Of a DNA stretch of 64,000 nucleotides, positions 50,141-58,157 are shown piece by piece. The first letter of the stretch is position 1. Every line of letters begins with the position of its first letter. The translations under genes were made by a program, and so were the position numbers. A model generated the notes under the pieces. It saw only the letters and a list, made by a program, of their open reading frames with translations. It did not search any database and was not told where the DNA came from. This DNA comes from Bacteroidales bacterium (GTDB lineage: Bacteria > Bacteroidota > Bacteroidia > Bacteroidales > P3), in the NCBI GenBank assembly GCA_045597845.1, contig JAZLKZ010000107.1, positions 11,374 through 75,373 of the forward strand, in the 5' to 3' direction.

Positions 50141-50614
50141 ATGGAACTCACCGTTTTTCTCAACCGCCTACTCTGCGCCCTCGTGGCAGGAATCCTCATC
50201 GGACTGGAGCGTCAGCTGCGCCAACGCAATGCAGGACTGGTCACGAACTCCTTGGTGGCTGTAGGTGCCTGCATTTTCATCCTCACCTCCGAGAGCGTCA
50301 TCCTCGCCACCACCGCCGACCGACCCAATTTCGACAACCTGCGCGTACTCTCACAAGTCGTCACGGGCATAGGTTTCTTGGGCGCCGGCGTCATCATGAA
50401 AGACGGACTCACCATCCACGGGCTCAACTCCGCCGCAACACTCTGGTGTTCAGCGGCAGTAGGAAGTCTCTGCGGCTTCGGTATGTGGCGCGAAGCCATC
50501 GTCGCCAGCATCGTCATCCTGTTCATCAACTGGATACTCCGCTACATCGAGCGCAATATCGCCGAACGCGCCCAAGACAAATTCAACAAAGAAGACCACC
50601 CCGAAAAGAAATAG
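50141..50614 (+). CDS. MgtC/SapB-family membrane protein
   Basis: Contains LIGLERQ...AGLVTNSLV and GIGFLGAG. Confidence 0.88.
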   Translation: MELTVFLNRLLCALVAGILIGLERQLRQRNAGLVTNSLVAVGACIFILTSESVILATTADRPNFDNLRVLSQVVTGIGFLGAGVIMKDGLTIHGLNSAATLWCSAAVGSLCGFGMWREAIVASIVILFINWILRYIERNIAERAQDKFNKEDHPEKK

Positions 50615-50956
50615 CTTTTCGAGACAGATCTTACCCACCAATTTTCTGAATCTTTTTGCCAAAGACTGCAGAGAAATACTCCCAGTAGAATTTACTGATT
50701 TCGATTTACTTAACGCCAAATTCGGTCATTTGGCGCAGTTTCGTCTGATTACTTTTCTACCATTTGCGGATAATTTGCGGTCATTTGCGTTTGCTTTATC
50801 CTAAAAACATTAGGACCGAAAAGAACCACGCCACATCTTGACATTCTCCTTAACTTTGCACCCTGAAACAGACAGAAGCATGTTCCCCAAGTAAGCCGAA
50901 TAAAAAACCTTATCACCAACGGAAGAAATTGTCATCCACAAGGCATCTAATATGCA

Positions 50957-50964
50957 AAAAATTT
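50957..50964 (+). promoter_or_regulatory. Candidate -7 promoter box (TATCTTTG) ahead of a long leader
   Basis: A TAnnTTTG match about 305 nt upstream of ATG 51269. A second match, TAACTTTG, is at 50851-50858. Confidence 0.4.
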
Positions 50965-51268
50965 GTATCTTTGCACTTGAAAACCACGAGCGTTTTGTGG
51001 GATGCCTTTGAAAGCATTTGTACGGTCTCATCTAGAAAATCGCCAATTAAATAGAGGGAAAGATCGCGTCAAAAGCCTATTGTTTGATATGTTATGGCAG
51101 CACCATTCATATCTCAAGCATAGGATGACGTTTCTTCCGTTTTATTTCCCCGCAGGTGTTTGGCGATACCTCTAGATGATAGGACGTTGCAACAGAGTTC
51201 TATGCTTTCTCTGTATTGGCAAGTGAACATCATCTCGGGAACTCGGATGAAAAATAAAATGCAAAACA

Positions 51269-51511
51269 ATGCTCATTATATCAAAACTCAAATGTGAAGC
51301 ATGTGGGGAAGCCTATGAGTGCATTATGCCAGCCAACGGTATTTGGTGCAAAACATGCGGAAAACCTTTTAATTTGTGTCCTGAATGCAAAAAGACCATA
51401 ACTCATTGTGATTGGTGTGGCGGTGAATTTGAAGACGGCTATGCCCATACATCTAAAGAAGTCAGCAAAAGAGAACACATCAATTGTCGTCCAGAAGAAA
51501 TAATGTTTTAA
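51269..51511 (+). CDS. Small double zinc-ribbon protein (four CxxC pairs)
   Basis: CEAC..CKTC..CPEC..CDWC within 80 aa. It lies 12 nt upstream of the next ORF. Confidence 0.5.
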   Translation: MLIISKLKCEACGEAYECIMPANGIWCKTCGKPFNLCPECKKTITHCDWCGGEFEDGYAHTSKEVSKREHINCRPEEIMF

Positions 51512-51522
51512 TTCATAAAGAA

Positions 51523-52623
51523 ATGTTGATACAAGATATCTTACGAAACTTCCAACAACAATTGTTGGATGAACTATATTCAATATCTCTTCCTTCAGAG
51601 AATGAATTGAATAAGAAAACATCAAAATTACAGATCAAACGATATTGCTGTTTGAGGATGTTATACAACGTCGCTGAATGTATGATAAACCAACCGCAAT
51701 GGGAGGATAGGGAATTGATTGAAGGACTTCCCAAAAGAAAAATCCACCTATTAAGCGAGAAAGACATAATTGCTTTATGCAAAGAATTGTTTGAGATAAA
51801 AAGAGAATACAGTGACGGCATTGTTTTTCGTTGCCCCCCAATAACCTGGTCAGGACGTGACATCGCTGGTACTCTATTAAATGACAACGAAGGCAGCTAT
51901 GAGAAATTACTCAATGCGATAAACCTTAATCCTATTACGAAAACACCTCAGTACAAAACCACAGCAAACGGTAAGACCGAAGTACATGGCTTTACGTACC
52001 TTCCTGCCGTCACCAGTATGTTAGACACACTCCAGCATCATGATTTGACAATGGAAAACATTTATCAAATCTCGTTGTGGAAAGTTGACCGCTATCCTCA
52101 ATTGGATTATCTAACATTAGACGCACTGAATAGCGTCAAAGACGACACCAATTTGGATGTAGCCAAGACACGAGACATCTTGGAAAAACTACTCAACACC
52201 CAAGGAGTAGGACTGCCTATGGCTTCGGCATATCTTCGTTTTATCTATCCTCAAGTATATCAAATCATCGACCACCGTGCCTATCGCGCCGCATTTGATT
52301 ACAAGGAGCCACTGCACGCAAATGATTCCGTAAAAAATCTTTGCGACACATACATCAAGTATTTGGAAAAGCTGCAAGGCATAGCTGATAATGGTTATCA
52401 TGGCATATCTGTCACCTTTGAAGACTTGGACCGTTTTCTCTACGACGTGGACAAAAAAGCAGGTTATACTGTGAACATGCCACTAAAAGACATCAACCGT
52501 GATTTATGGAAGGATGTTGTCAAAAATCTTGGGGGAAAATTTCAAAAATATCTCATAACCAAAGACAACATCGGAAATATTGTAAAGAATCATCGAAACC
52601 AGAAGAATAACAAAAAATTATGA
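51523..52623 (+). CDS. Hypothetical protein with possible helix-hairpin-helix-like segment
   Basis: ATG 51523 is preferred over 51484, which overlaps the upstream gene. The segment GVGLPMASAYLRFIYPQVYQIIDHRAY looks like an HhH-type motif, but this is weak. The stop overlaps the next start (ATGA at 52620-52623). Confidence 0.5.
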   Translation: MLIQDILRNFQQQLLDELYSISLPSENELNKKTSKLQIKRYCCLRMLYNVAECMINQPQWEDRELIEGLPKRKIHLLSEKDIIALCKELFEIKREYSDGIVFRCPPITWSGRDIAGTLLNDNEGSYEKLLNAINLNPITKTPQYKTTANGKTEVHGFTYLPAVTSMLDTLQHHDLTMENIYQISLWKVDRYPQLDYLTLDALNSVKDDTNLDVAKTRDILEKLLNTQGVGLPMASAYLRFIYPQVYQIIDHRAYRAAFDYKEPLHANDSVKNLCDTYIKYLEKLQGIADNGYHGISVTFEDLDRFLYDVDKKAGYTVNMPLKDINRDLWKDVVKNLGGKFQKYLITKDNIGNIVKNHRNQKNNKKL

Positions 52624-55600
52624 AAAAGACATTATTTCTTTTTACATTCCTTGCCGTAGTCTTTGCAAGCTACGCTTACAATTTCAGTGCAGTAGCTCCA
52701 ACAGGGCAGACATTGTACTACACCATCACATCCTCAACGTCACCTCGTACCGTTGCAGTTACATACCCGAGCAGTTCATCGTCCAGTCCTTGGTCGGGTT
52801 ACACTATGCCTACAGGGGATCTAACAATTCCTTCTACAGTCAGTTATGAAGGAACCACTTATTCGGTGACTTCGATTGGAATTAAGGCTTTCAGCGAGTG
52901 CGTTGACCTCACGAGCGTAACCATTCCCAATTCCGTAACTGACATCGGGTGGTGTGCTTTCGAATATTGCGTTTCAATGAGTGTGACAATACCCAATTCT
53001 GTGACTCACATCAGCTTTTTAGCCTTCAATTATGTCAAAAACATTGTCTATTTAGGCAATGCTTCGGGTAGTCCTTGGGGGGCTTTGACAGTGAATGGCT
53101 ATGTTGAGGGTGATTTGATTTACGAAAATGCCAATAAAACTAAAGTTACAGGATGCTACACCTCCGCTACGAGCGTGACCATTCCCAATTCTGTGACTTC
53201 TATCGGGAATTATGCTTTCTTTTATTGCTACAACCTCACAAGTGTAACCATTCCCAATTCCGTGACTTCCATTGGGGATTATGCTTTCTATATTTGTAGT
53301 GGGCTCACGAGTGTTACTATCCCCAATTCCGTTACCTCCATCGGCAGTTCTGCTTTCTATGGTTGCAGCGGTCTCACTTCCGTCACTATCCCCAATTCCG
53401 TGACTTCCATCGGGGATTATGCTTTCTGCAGGTGCGTTGGCCTTACGAGCGTGACCATCCCCAATTCGGTGATTTCCATAGGGTCAGATGCCTTCTATTT
53501 AGTTAGAAACATTATCTATTTAGGCAATGCTTCGGGTAGTCCTTGGGGGGCTTTGACAGTGAATGGTTATGTTGAAGGTGATTTGATTTACGAAAATGCC
53601 AATAAAACGAAAGTTACAGGATGCAATGCCTCCGCTACGAGCGTGACCATTCCCAATTCAGTGACTTCCATCGGAAGTTTTGCTTTCACAGATTGTAGCG
53701 GTCTAACGAGCGTAACCATTGGCAATTCCGTTACATCCATTGAGGATAATGCTTTCTCTGGTTGCACAAATGTAGACACCTTATATTATAACGCAAGAGC
53801 TCTAACCACAAACAGTTATTGGCTAAATTCATCATACGGTTTTCGCCCTATGGAAAATCTACGCACCATCATTATTGGTGACAGTGTACAAACCCTACCT
53901 GAGGGTGTATTCTACAACCAAAGTAGTCTTCATACAGTTTATTCACTCAACCCGACAGCACCCACATTAGGCTCTTTCTGCTTTTACAATTGTCTTATTC
54001 AGGAAATCCATATTCCTTGTGGAAGTTTGGGGTCCTATTCTTCACGATGGACATCTTTTAGAAACTATTTGCAAGAACCGAATGCACCTTTCGTAAGGAC
54101 ATTGCTAAGTAACAATGATACAATGGGGAACGTTAGGTTATTGTCTCAAGTTTGTGCGGATACAAGCACTATTTTGGCAACGCCCAACTACGGCTATCAT
54201 TTCACACAATGGAGCGACGGAGACACGGCAAATCCTCGTACTTTTATTTTGACGCAGGACACCACCTTTACGGCAGAGTTCGCCATAAACCAATACTCCA
54301 TTATGGCTGTAAGTGCAGACGCGGTGATGGGCATAGCCTTGGGCGACAGCACAGTTGACTACTTGCAGCAGGCAACACTGACTGCCATACCAAACTATGG
54401 ATATCATTTTGTTCGTTGGAGTGATGGCAGTACAGATAATCCGCATACTGTTACAGTAACGCAAAACAGAACCTACACTGCTCAGTTTACCTACAACACT
54501 TATCATATTACTAAGAATTGTGACGATACTAAAGGAACGATAATTGGTTCGTCGTCTGCGAATTATCTCTCGACGGTAACGTTGACAGCTAATCCCAACT
54601 ACGGCTACCATTTCACGCAGTGGAGCGATAGTGTTACGGACAATCCACGTACTTTCGTTTTGACGCAAGACACGGCGTTCACCGCCGAATTTGAAAGAAA
54701 CAGCTATGCCATTACAGGTGTCACTGGCGACGCTTCGTTTGGACAAGTGCAGGGTGGTGGCAGTTTCTTGTATCTTGACACCATTGTGTTGACCGCCACG
54801 GCTGTTGATCATTACCATTTCACCCATTGGCAGGACGGCAATACGGAGAATCCACGCAGCATCGTGGTCTATTCCGATTCGGTATTCACTGCTCAATTCG
54901 CAATCGACACACAGCATATCGTGGTTGTATCCTCAGACATCAACATGGGCTATGTATCTGGTGGCGGAGACATCATCTATGGCCAGCCTGTCACTGTGTC
55001 GGCTACGGCATATAGTGGCTATCATTTCAGCTGCTGGAGCAACGGCAGTCGTTACAATCCCTACACCTTTGCCGCCATTCAGGATCTGACGCTTTCTGCG
55101 GTGTTCGTCAGCGACGAGGCTCCGTTCTACACCATCACCGTAGCCGCCAACAATGCCGCCATGGGTCATGTGGAGGGTAGCGGCACCTACGATGATGGTA
55201 CGGTCGCGCTGATTACCGCCACTCCGAGCGAAGGTTGTCAGTTCCTGCATTGGAGCGACGGAAGCACCGAGGCGCAGCATCTTGTGACCATCAGTGCCAC
55301 GGCGACCTATACCGCCTATTTCGCACCAGAATCGTGCAGCGTTACAACGGAAACCAATGACGCTAACGCTGGCGTGGTTTCCGGCGATGGCATCTACTAT
55401 ATGGGCGACACGCTGTCGCTGACTGCTACCGCCAACGAAGGCTATAGTTTCACCCACTGGAGCGACGGAAGCACTGACGCCGTGCGTACCATTGTGGTGG
55501 ACGAGAACCTGAGCGCTGCTATGCAGTCCTTGGGTGGCGGAGCCTACGGAATCACCTTCACCGCTTATTTTGAGAACAGCACCGAAGGCATCGAGATGGT

Positions 55601-55805
55601 GCAGAAGAGCTACACGTTGACGGTGGTCGGCAATGCCATCCGCATCAGTGGCGCGATGGGCGAGACGGTGAGAGTGTTTGACGTGGTGGGACGCCAACTG
55701 CTGACAAAGAAACTCGACAGCGAGGAAATCCTTCTGAACCAGACGGGTGTGTTCTTCGTCCAGGTCGGCAACACTCCGGCGGAGAAAGTGGTGATTGTAC
55801 GATAA
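52620..55805 (+). CDS. BspA-type leucine-rich-repeat surface protein with Listeria-Bacteroides repeats and T9SS C-terminal sorting domain
   Basis: Has a signal peptide, more than 12 LRR units (SVTIPNSVTSIG.YAF..C..LT), about 7 units of the GYHF..WSDG.T.NPRT type, and a CTD-like end (..GVFFVQVGNTPAEKVVIVR). Confidence 0.85.
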   Translation: MKKTLFLFTFLAVVFASYAYNFSAVAPTGQTLYYTITSSTSPRTVAVTYPSSSSSSPWSGYTMPTGDLTIPSTVSYEGTTYSVTSIGIKAFSECVDLTSVTIPNSVTDIGWCAFEYCVSMSVTIPNSVTHISFLAFNYVKNIVYLGNASGSPWGALTVNGYVEGDLIYENANKTKVTGCYTSATSVTIPNSVTSIGNYAFFYCYNLTSVTIPNSVTSIGDYAFYICSGLTSVTIPNSVTSIGSSAFYGCSGLTSVTIPNSVTSIGDYAFCRCVGLTSVTIPNSVISIGSDAFYLVRNIIYLGNASGSPWGALTVNGYVEGDLIYENANKTKVTGCNASATSVTIPNSVTSIGSFAFTDCSGLTSVTIGNSVTSIEDNAFSGCTNVDTLYYNARALTTNSYWLNSSYGFRPMENLRTIIIGDSVQTLPEGVFYNQSSLHTVYSLNPTAPTLGSFCFYNCLIQEIHIPCGSLGSYSSRWTSFRNYLQEPNAPFVRTLLSNNDTMGNVRLLSQVCADTSTILATPNYGYHFTQWSDGDTANPRTFILTQDTTFTAEFAINQYSIMAVSADAVMGIALGDSTVDYLQQATLTAIPNYGYHFVRWSDGSTDNPHTVTVTQNRTYTAQFTYNTYHITKNCDDTKGTIIGSSSANYLSTVTLTANPNYGYHFTQWSDSVTDNPRTFVLTQDTAFTAEFERNSYAITGVTGDASFGQVQGGGSFLYLDTIVLTATAVDHYHFTHWQDGNTENPRSIVVYSDSVFTAQFAIDTQHIVVVSSDINMGYVSGGGDIIYGQPVTVSATAYSGYHFSCWSNGSRYNPYTFAAIQDLTLSAVFVSDEAPFYTITVAANNAAMGHVEGSGTYDDGTVALITATPSEGCQFLHWSDGSTEAQHLVTISATATYTAYFAPESCSVTTETNDANAGVVSGDGIYYMGDTLSLTATANEGYSFTHWSDGSTDAVRTIVVDENLSAAMQSLGGGAYGITFTAYFENSTEGIEMVQKSYTLTVVGNAIRISGAMGETVRVFDVVGRQLLTKKLDSEEILLNQTGVFFVQVGNTPAEKVVIVR
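53041..53205 (+). repeat. Internal ~165-bp near-identical direct repeat, copy 1
   Basis: Encodes IVYLGNASGSPWGALTVNGYVEGDLIYENANKTKVTGCYTSATSVTIPNSVT. The second copy is 468 bp downstream. Confidence 0.8.
53509..53673 (+). repeat. Internal ~165-bp near-identical direct repeat, copy 2
   Basis: Encodes IIYLGNASGSPWGALTVNGYVEGDLIYENANKTKVTGCNASATSVTIPNSVT. Only a handful of nucleotide differences from copy 1. Confidence 0.8.
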
Positions 55806-55830
55806 ACACGTTATTGATTACTTAAAGCAA

Positions 55831-55860
55831 GGTGGCGAAATTTTTCGCCACCTTTTTTTT
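55831..55860 (+). terminator. Intrinsic terminator
   Basis: GGTGGCGAAA-TT-TTTCGCCACC followed by T8. Confidence 0.85.
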
Positions 55861-56136
55861 ATTGCAACTATTTGCATAATGCCATCTTGCAAACATCCCG
55901 TAGGTAAAGAACCAAACGAAATTGCCAGCAGCACGATATTAGTCTGGCATTCAAAATTGTGAGATAGTTACAACGCGAAAAATTGCGTCGTAGGACTGCA
56001 TTAACAAAATGGAAGGCTACAACACCGGTGGGACGGTACTAAATCACAATAATCAATTCCACACAATACAATAATTATCAATATTTAACGTTACATAATA
56101 CACAAACAAGAATCTATTGTTTTCAGGACAAAAAAA

Positions 56137-57192
56137 ATGGAACAAGAAATCACACTGAACGAACGCAATAAGCAGGAGTACCCACCGATGCATATAGGAG
56201 AATCCGACACATCCTCTATTGTGCTCTACATTGCCGAGGACAACAGCATCCAACTGGACGTAAAGCTGGAGAACGAGACGGTGTGGCTCAGCCAACAGCA
56301 GATGGCAATGCTGTTCGGCACAGATAGAACCTCCATTCTCCGACATATTAACAATATCTACAAGAGCGAAGAATTGGACGAGATGGCAACTTGTGCAAAA
56401 ATTGCACAGGTTCGATTAGAAGGCAAACGCCGAGTTGAGCGTACCATCCCCTTTTATAATCTTGACATGATAATTTCTGTCGGATATCGAGTGAATTCAA
56501 AGAGTGCCACTAGTTTTCGCAGATGGGCAACTTCAATCCTCAAGGACTACCTCGTCAGAGGCTATGCCGTCAATCAGAAGATTACCCAGCAACGCTACGA
56601 TGAACTGAAAGATGTGGTGCGGCTGATGTCCAGAACCTACCAGCTGCAGGAGTCGGTATCCTCGGAGGAGGCTGACGGCCTGCTGACCATGATTGGTGAC
56701 TATGTGTATGCTCTCGACACCCTCGACCACTATGACTATCAACAACTCTCGGTAGATAAGACTACAACCCATGAATCTTTCTATGCCACCTACGAGAACG
56801 CCATGGAGGCTATCAACCTGCTGAAACCCAAGTTCGGAGGCAGCGCCCTGTTTGCCAACGAGAAGGACGAATCGTTCAAGAGTTCCATAGGGCAGATATA
56901 CCAAACTTTTGACGGCGTGGAGCTCTATCCTTCCGTGGAGGAGAAGGCCGCCATGCTGCTCTACCTTGTCACCAAAAACCATTCTTTCAGCGACGGCAAC
57001 AAACGCATAGCCGCCATGCTGTTTCTCTGGTTCATGGACAAGAACCGAGTGCTCTATGCCGCCGACGGACATAAACGCATCGCAGACAACACTCTCGTGG
57101 CCCTCACATTGATGATCGCCGAGTCAAGACCCGAAGAAAAAGATATCATCATCAGACTGGTTGTGAACCTAATTAATCAGAACAATCAATAA
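56137..57192 (+). CDS. RhuM-family N-terminal domain fused to Fic/Doc-like domain
   Basis: RhuM-like block (ENETVWLSQQQMAMLF..YNLDMIISVGYRVNSKSATSFRRWAT) and a Doc-type motif HSFSDGNKRIAA. The first ~19 codons copy the neighbouring gene. Confidence 0.75.
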   Translation: MEQEITLNERNKQEYPPMHIGESDTSSIVLYIAEDNSIQLDVKLENETVWLSQQQMAMLFGTDRTSILRHINNIYKSEELDEMATCAKIAQVRLEGKRRVERTIPFYNLDMIISVGYRVNSKSATSFRRWATSILKDYLVRGYAVNQKITQQRYDELKDVVRLMSRTYQLQESVSSEEADGLLTMIGDYVYALDTLDHYDYQQLSVDKTTTHESFYATYENAMEAINLLKPKFGGSALFANEKDESFKSSIGQIYQTFDGVELYPSVEEKAAMLLYLVTKNHSFSDGNKRIAAMLFLWFMDKNRVLYAADGHKRIADNTLVALTLMIAESRPEEKDIIIRLVVNLINQNNQ

Positions 57193-57196
57193 TACA

Positions 57197-57664
57197 ATGG
57201 AACAGGAAATCACATTAAACGCTCACAACAAGCAGGAATATCCGCCGATGCATACTGCGGAGCATATTTTGAATGCCACAATAGTCAAGATGTTTGGCTG
57301 CCCGCGTTCGCGCAACGCTCACATCGAACGCAAGAAAAGCAAATGCGACTACCAGCTGGTCTCCGCGCCCACCGAAGCACAGGTGCAAGCCATTGAGAGC
57401 CGCGTCAACGAAGTCATCGGACAACATTTAGACGTGACCATCGAGTATGTGGACCGCGACCACATCCCCGCCGAAGTCGATCTCAGCAAGTTGCCCGAAG
57501 ATGCCAGCGAAACACTACGGCTTGTCCGCATAGGCGACTACGACACCTGCGCTTGCGTGGGCGCACATGTGCAGAACACCTCAGAGATTGGCACCTTCAA
57601 AATCATCAGTCACGACTATAACGAAGGCACCTGGCGTGTCCGTTTCAAACTCCAAGAACAATGA
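57197..57664 (+). CDS. AlaX-like tRNA-editing (tRNA_SAD) domain protein
   Basis: Zinc and editing motifs PMHTAEHIL and CACVGAHV are present. Small (155 aa) stand-alone form. Confidence 0.7.
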   Translation: MEQEITLNAHNKQEYPPMHTAEHILNATIVKMFGCPRSRNAHIERKKSKCDYQLVSAPTEAQVQAIESRVNEVIGQHLDVTIEYVDRDHIPAEVDLSKLPEDASETLRLVRIGDYDTCACVGAHVQNTSEIGTFKIISHDYNEGTWRVRFKLQEQ

Positions 57665-58143
57665 TCTACGACCACATCAACAACAGCAACCGATATCCAG
57701 ATTCCGCCATTCAAAAGGGACTCGAGATTATTCACCAACTCATACAAAAGTACGCTCAAGGCGAGCCCTTAAACGAAGGATCTTATCCTCTCGAAAACGG
57801 ACTGCGTTACAATATCGACCGCTATCAATCCAAGACAGAGAACACCGCTGGATACGAGGCACATCGCCAATACATCGACATCCAGTTCTTGCTGGAAGGC
57901 ACCGAAATGATTCGCGTACACAACCTTGATGGAATGCTTTGCAAGACACCTTATGACATTTCTCGCGATGCAGGATTTTATCTTCCAAACGACGACTTTC
58001 ACTCCGACATACGCATCGGCGACGGCTACTTCACCATCCTCTACCCCAACGACGCCCACATGCCCCAGCTCTGCATCGAATCGCCAGCTCCCGTACTCAA
58101 AATTGTCGTCAAAGTTCCCGTCGAACGGACCTTTGCACAATAA
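57661..58143 (+). CDS. YhcH/YjgK/YiaL (DUF386) family protein
   Basis: Family pattern ..EAHRQYIDIQFLLEGTE.., and ..YPNDAHMP... There is a 4-nt overlap with the upstream stop. Confidence 0.7.
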   Translation: MIYDHINNSNRYPDSAIQKGLEIIHQLIQKYAQGEPLNEGSYPLENGLRYNIDRYQSKTENTAGYEAHRQYIDIQFLLEGTEMIRVHNLDGMLCKTPYDISRDAGFYLPNDDFHSDIRIGDGYFTILYPNDAHMPQLCIESPAPVLKIVVKVPVERTFAQ

Positions 58144-58157
58144 TTTGCAAGAACCTC

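Noticed and set aside
50810-51031. A 73-aa minus-strand ORF in the mgtC-downstream spacer.
   Set aside because: It overlaps two plus-strand promoter-like boxes and has no recognisable features. The region is better explained as a regulatory or leader sequence.
51047-51159. An invertible promoter (phase-variation switch) between the inverted repeats at 51029-51046 and 51160-51178.
   Set aside because: I found no TAnnTTTG box in either orientation inside the enclosed 113 nt, and there is no nearby recombinase. It is kept only as a structured-leader or MITE candidate.
52900-53760. A regular ~69-bp periodicity that could be mistaken for a CRISPR-like array.
   Set aside because: The repeats are in-frame leucine-rich-repeat coding units (SVTIPNSVTSIG.YAF..C..LT) inside one long ORF. 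There are no unique spacers or cas genes anywhere in the window.
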